From NCBI GenBank assembly GCA_963677925.2, contig CAXXYH010000003.1:96001-160000 (forward strand): a stretch of 64,000 nucleotides of DNA, in the 5' to 3' direction. The DNA comes from Spirochaetia bacterium (GTDB taxonomy: Bacteria > Spirochaetota > Spirochaetia > UBA9216). A program made the translations under genes and the position numbers. This document shows, one piece after another, positions 59,698 through 64,000 of the stretch (positions are counted from its first letter, which is position 1; each line of letters starts with the position of its first letter). The notes under the pieces were generated by a model. The model saw only the letters and a program-made list of their open reading frames with translations, had not been told where the DNA came from and made no database searches.

Positions 59698-60720
59698 TTA
59701 GAAAAGATTTAAAACAGTATTGACCGGAAACCTTAAAAAGGCTTCAAACTGAGGACTTGCTCCCTGTTTTAAATATTTCTGAAGTTTTGCAACATCCTGA
59801 ATATTTTCACCTGCTACGGCAAATAGAATAGCACTTCCATGTTTAACTTTACCCCATTTAAACAGTGAAGCAATATTTTGAATTCTTTCACCTTCATAAA
59901 AAATATATACTTCAAGATCAGGATTCTTTACTTTATAACTCTGAATTATTCGCTTCCAGGCTTCTACGTTACCATTATGAAAGAGTTCGTTGGTAACGGG
60001 GACTGAATATAAGGGGGTCATTTTAGAAGTATTTACAGGACCGCCGGCAACAACATCTTCCGTTTCTTCATCCTGATATGAAGTTTCAGCTTTTTGGGGA
60101 GCTGAAGCTTTTTTAGCCGGGGTCTTAGCCACTTTTCTGGGTGCTGCTTTTTTCACAGGCTCTTCTGAAAGAGCATTATACTTATATTTGCCCTTTAGTA
60201 GGTTTTCCGGAAGTTTGAGCTTTTTACCCTCAAAAAGATCGAAAACCTTCTGAATTAAAGTATCCACCTCTTTAGGGTTGGAAACCTCATCAGTAAATTT
60301 TCCGGCATATACAGTGAAATACTCATTTTTTCTGAACTCAGAGACATTTTTCCAGCTCTCAGGATTCTTTGGATTTATTACATTATATCCAAGCTCCGGA
60401 TGTATGTAAGAAATTACTAAATCATAGGATTTAAGCTTCTCTAATGAAGAAGCGATATATTCAAAATCAATTAAACTGTTTTTAAAATTACCGGACTTAT
60501 ACTTGTAGGAATATTTATCAACGAGAAGTGCACTCACTATTGACGGCATCTGATCCTGCTTGATTTCCTTCTCATTTACAAGATCATTTAATATATCAGC
60601 AAGACTGTATCCATCTTCAAAATCTGCAATAATACCCATTACAGACTGAAAATGAATTAATGCATTATTAAAACCATTCCTGTCAGACAGATGATCATAG
60701 ACGCGTAAAGTATCGTTCAT
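59698..60720 (-). CDS. cfpA-downstream protein: K/A/P-rich linker plus C-terminal HPr-like domain
   Basis: Between cfpA and the PPDK homologue, as recalled for Treponema; VTNELFH...EVYIFYEGERI...VKHGSAILFAVAGEN. Confidence 0.8.
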   Translation of the reverse strand: MNDTLRVYDHLSDRNGFNNALIHFQSVMGIIADFEDGYSLADILNDLVNEKEIKQDQMPSIVSALLVDKYSYKYKSGNFKNSLIDFEYIASSLEKLKSYDLVISYIHPELGYNVINPKNPESWKNVSEFRKNEYFTVYAGKFTDEVSNPKEVDTLIQKVFDLFEGKKLKLPENLLKGKYKYNALSEEPVKKAAPRKVAKTPAKKASAPQKAETSYQDEETEDVVAGGPVNTSKMTPLYSVPVTNELFHNGNVEAWKRIIQSYKVKNPDLEVYIFYEGERIQNIASLFKWGKVKHGSAILFAVAGENIQDVAKLQKYLKQGASPQFEAFLRFPVNTVLNLF

Positions 60721-60734
60721 TATGTTCCCTCGGT

Positions 60735-60763
60735 AAAAAATGCCCCTCAATAATTGAGGGGCA
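60735..60763 (-). terminator. Intrinsic terminator/attenuator after cfpA
   Basis: tgcccctcaat-a-attgaggggca followed by T6 on minus strand. Confidence 0.78.
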
Positions 60764-60773
60764 GCATTTCTTG

Positions 60774-62837
60774 TTAGATTGTATCCAGATTTGATCTTCT
60801 TGGTCTGCCGCGTCTTGTTTTTGTCTTGTCGTTATCAACAACACCCTTAGACTTGGCTTTAGTTTTCGGTGCAGCTTTTTTAGCAGGTGCCTTAGGCTTT
60901 GTTTTGATAGTAGTATCCGCTAATGCAGGACTGTCATCTGGTGAATTAAGCATATCAAGATATGATTCACCAAGAGATTTCTGCTTAAGCATATCATCTT
61001 CAGAAAGATCCGAAGCAAAACTCATATCAATATCTTCTCTGACAGTGGAACGTCTTCTTGAGAAGGCTGCAAATGCTGCATCCTGAAATCCTTTTGAAAC
61101 ACCATGAAGGAACTCATTGAGAACATTTGCCATTCCGTCCAGAGTAGCCTTCTTTCTCTTGATTGAAGTAATATCAACATCAAGAAGAAGTCCAGGCTGG
61201 ATATGGTAAGGATTGATAAGATAATCGAATTTATTGAATTCGGCTTCAAGAAAAGTAAGTCTGTCTTCAAGGACACGTCTCTGAATCGGGTACTTATAAC
61301 TGTACATATCCTGAAGTTTATCTCTCATAAGAATAAGCTTTTTCTTAAGTTTATCTTTTTCCAGAACATATGTTCTGTTCATTTTTTCAACTTCAGTTTC
61401 AGCTGCGCTTACAAAAGAGATTTCATCCCAGCTCTTTTCGATGTCTTCGTAAAGAGGATCACCGGTTTTTGCCTTGATGTTCTTCTTGATTTTATTTTTG
61501 TATCTGTCTGATAGGTCTTTAAAATCGACAACGCCTTTAAATCTCTTACCGTCAGAGTAAACCATTTCAAGAACGTCCCATACATGTTCAACTTCAACCT
61601 CAAAGGATTTTACCTGAACATCATAAGCCTTTCTCTCTTCGATTAGCTGAGCATTGTCGTAGTATTTAAGACGAATGTTATATCTTTCATCAGGAAGTAT
61701 GGCTGCATCAGTATCTTCATACTCTCTGATAACAAGTTCTCTTGCATTTTTAAGGTTCTCGATATACTGATAACCCATTTTTGAAGTATCAAGAATACTT
61801 GTAATTGAATTAACTGCTGTGTTGTAGCCTCTGTTTCTAATATTCTCAATATCCATGATTTTTTTAAGATTTTCACGGATGTTCAGAGGATCGAACTCAT
61901 TAGGATCAATCTCAGCTCTAAGCCCTTCAACCTTCTCCATAATGTTCTTGGCTATGTATTTATACCTGTTTGATTTTGCATTGTTTACTTCATCAGCGGT
62001 ATGATTTTCTACACGGCCCATCTTCTGAAAGATGATTTCACTGTCGTTAAGCTCTTCAAGTCCCTTATCGAGTCTTTCATCCTTAAGATTCTCAATTTCC
62101 TTGTCAATTGCGTCAATAATCTGCTTTGAAACAAGGTCTTTGATAAGATACTCAACTGTAGCCTGATAGTGAAAAATTGGACTTATCAGCTCAGAATCAA
62201 GAATATTAACTGAAAGCTTTACATTACATACAGTCTTTGGTTTCTCGATACTGTCCTTGAAAGAACATTTAACTACTGAATAAGCATTCTCGCCTCTTAT
62301 GAAAGCACCAACATCGGTTTTCTGTCTAAGGAGTGAGTTGGTAAGGTTTTCAAGATCATTCATACCTCTCTGTATATGCCCCTGAAGGTGACCATACATA
62401 TTAACAATTGATTTCTCAATTTCACCGGTATTGAATCTGTCCATACCGCCTACTTCTTCAAGCAGCGCTGCTATTTCTTTGGGTGTGTACCTGGTAAGTA
62501 CTTTCATTTCTTCTTTATCAATGAAGTTTCTTACCTTTTTAACCATTTCATCTTCAGTTGTAACTATGTAACGGTTGAACATATTCTGGTAGTTCTGGTT
62601 GAAATAGTTATAAACTTTCTCTTTTAAGCCACCCATGACATCCAGTTTAGAAAGGACATCTTCCGGTAATTTGGCATTGATATGGTTAACGACTTTATCT
62701 ACTTCTTCTTCGAGCAGTCTTTCTACTTCTGCCTGCTGGTCCCTGCTTTCCTGAGCGAGAGAGTTCCTGGAGCCCACCGCACTCCTCTTTTCAGGATGGA
62801 ATACCATTGGACTTTTAGGTAGATCTATGCTTCCCAT
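60774..62837 (-). CDS. cfpA: Cytoplasmic filament protein CfpA
   Basis: [23 protein letters not shown]-terminus as in treponemal CfpA; ~690 aa, coiled-coil rich. Confidence 0.9.
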   Translation of the reverse strand: MGSIDLPKSPMVFHPEKRSAVGSRNSLAQESRDQQAEVERLLEEEVDKVVNHINAKLPEDVLSKLDVMGGLKEKVYNYFNQNYQNMFNRYIVTTEDEMVKKVRNFIDKEEMKVLTRYTPKEIAALLEEVGGMDRFNTGEIEKSIVNMYGHLQGHIQRGMNDLENLTNSLLRQKTDVGAFIRGENAYSVVKCSFKDSIEKPKTVCNVKLSVNILDSELISPIFHYQATVEYLIKDLVSKQIIDAIDKEIENLKDERLDKGLEELNDSEIIFQKMGRVENHTADEVNNAKSNRYKYIAKNIMEKVEGLRAEIDPNEFDPLNIRENLKKIMDIENIRNRGYNTAVNSITSILDTSKMGYQYIENLKNARELVIREYEDTDAAILPDERYNIRLKYYDNAQLIEERKAYDVQVKSFEVEVEHVWDVLEMVYSDGKRFKGVVDFKDLSDRYKNKIKKNIKAKTGDPLYEDIEKSWDEISFVSAAETEVEKMNRTYVLEKDKLKKKLILMRDKLQDMYSYKYPIQRRVLEDRLTFLEAEFNKFDYLINPYHIQPGLLLDVDITSIKRKKATLDGMANVLNEFLHGVSKGFQDAAFAAFSRRRSTVREDIDMSFASDLSEDDMLKQKSLGESYLDMLNSPDDSPALADTTIKTKPKAPAKKAAPKTKAKSKGVVDNDKTKTRRGRPRRSNLDTI

Positions 62838-62984
62838 TTTACTCTCCTTAATTCTCTTATATCTATACAGATTATCAATAAGATTACTGATATGTAAAGT
62901 ACGTTTTTTTTTTTTTTAATAAGTTTTAATGCTTTTTTATAAAAAAACAACATGTTACTATAAAGCCGAAGGGTAAATGTTATT

Positions 62985-64000
62985 ATGAAAAAAAATTACA
63001 CGTTCTTTATGGTTTTATTAGTATTTTCAGTACTCTCTACCTCTCTTTACGCTGATAAAAGGACTGAAAATATTGATATGTTTCTTGTAGTCGATAAAAG
63101 CAAGTCGATGGTTGAAGAAATTGAAGATGTCAGTACTTATATTATAGAAAATTTCATTGATAATTTTCTTATTGAGGGTGACCATTTAACTGTAATAGAA
63201 TTCTATGGCAAAGCTGATGTTGTTTTCAATAAAACACTTACTTTTCAGGGAATTGAACAGATATCAGATGAGCTGCTGAACCTGAAAGCCGACGGACGGT
63301 TTACAGATATAGGAAATGCTCTGGACAGACTTGGAAGTTCACTTTCGGCATATAATTCAGAAAACAGCCGGCAATATCTTATTTTATTGACAGACGGAAA
63401 GCAGGAGGCTCCGGAGAATAGTCCATATTATTCTCCGGACGGCTCTTTTAATCACAACTTTCTGGAAAATACAAAGACTATCCAGAAAAAAGGCTGGAAA
63501 ATCATTCTTCTTGGTGTCGGCAACGAATCCGCTGTTGAGGAACTTTCAAAAGAGCTGTTAACAACATACGAAGAAATTGATTTCAGCAGCAATGTCACCG
63601 AACTCTCTCCTGCAGATGAGACTCTTGGACGTATTCTTTCATCAGGATTTTATATACAGGATGACACAATCAATATAAGTCTTAAAAGCGACGGCTACAG
63701 TACTGAACGTACTGTGATCATCAGCAGAATACTGTATCAGGAACAGGGAATTAATTACGAGCTACTCGCTGAACCCTTTGAAGTTAAAATTCCTTCAGAA
63801 ACTGCAGTTGAGGTAAAAATTCCGTTTAAATTATCAGGTGAACTTACTCCCGGAATGCATTCGGGCTCCTTTCTTTTCAACTTTTCGGGCGATACACCAT
63901 TTATACCTGCCGTATTTGATTACCAGATTGAAGTTGAAAACGGTAGAATTATGACGGAAAGCAGTGAAATTGTTAAAAATAATTCTGCAGAGGGAAGCAA
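62985..64000 (+). CDS. Exported vWA-domain protein, truncated by window edge
   Basis: Signal peptide; FLVVDKSKSM (MIDAS DxSxS), TDIGNAL, ILLTDG. Confidence 0.85.
   Translation, partial: MKKNYTFFMVLLVFSVLSTSLYADKRTENIDMFLVVDKSKSMVEEIEDVSTYIIENFIDNFLIEGDHLTVIEFYGKADVVFNKTLTFQGIEQISDELLNLKADGRFTDIGNALDRLGSSLSAYNSENSRQYLILLTDGKQEAPENSPYYSPDGSFNHNFLENTKTIQKKGWKIILLGVGNESAVEELSKELLTTYEEIDFSSNVTELSPADETLGRILSSGFYIQDDTINISLKSDGYSTERTVIISRILYQEQGINYELLAEPFEVKIPSETAVEVKIPFKLSGELTPGMHSGSFLFNFSGDTPFIPAVFDYQIEVENGRIMTESSEIVKNNSAEGS

Noticed and set aside
32368-61876. Many 60-130 aa antisense or nested ORFs in intI and core genes
   Set aside because: Shadow frames of well-supported genes.

Overview
Spirochaete chromosome segment (cfpA, spirochaetal lipobox, V/A-type ATPase; Spirochaetales-like). 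Positions 1-33.5 kb hold a large chromosomal integron: intI at 32199-33458 (+), attI at ~31.97 kb, and a minus-strand array of 23 complete AT-rich cassette units plus one partial, running off the left edge. Units are delimited by a branched ~135-200 bp attC family (type A). Cargo is rich in toxin-antitoxin and defence-like genes (DUF4062, TIR, Mrr, Abi_C, AAA_21, PD-(D/E)XK, HEPN-like, class III cyclase) and includes two ORF-less structured cassettes. The most unusual signal is a layered cassette architecture. Many cassettes share a GTTAAATGC/GCATTTAAC shell, several carry the two separated halves of a second attC family (type B; one intact copy), and cargo genes are bracketed by strictly paired GGA-loop hairpins that fold on the strand antisense to the genes. 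Positions 33.5-64 kb are core genome: V-type ATPase operon, Fe-ADH, DUF134/MinD-Fe-S/NifX operon, hslO, LOG, HAD, mntP, purB-guaB-purA-guaA, a TPR protein and a vWA protein. This half also has a cfpA locus whose PPDK homologue has lost its ATP-grasp catalytic residues and lies next to a protein with an HPr-like domain (possible PEP phosphorelay). All family calls are by eye from motifs; no searches were run.
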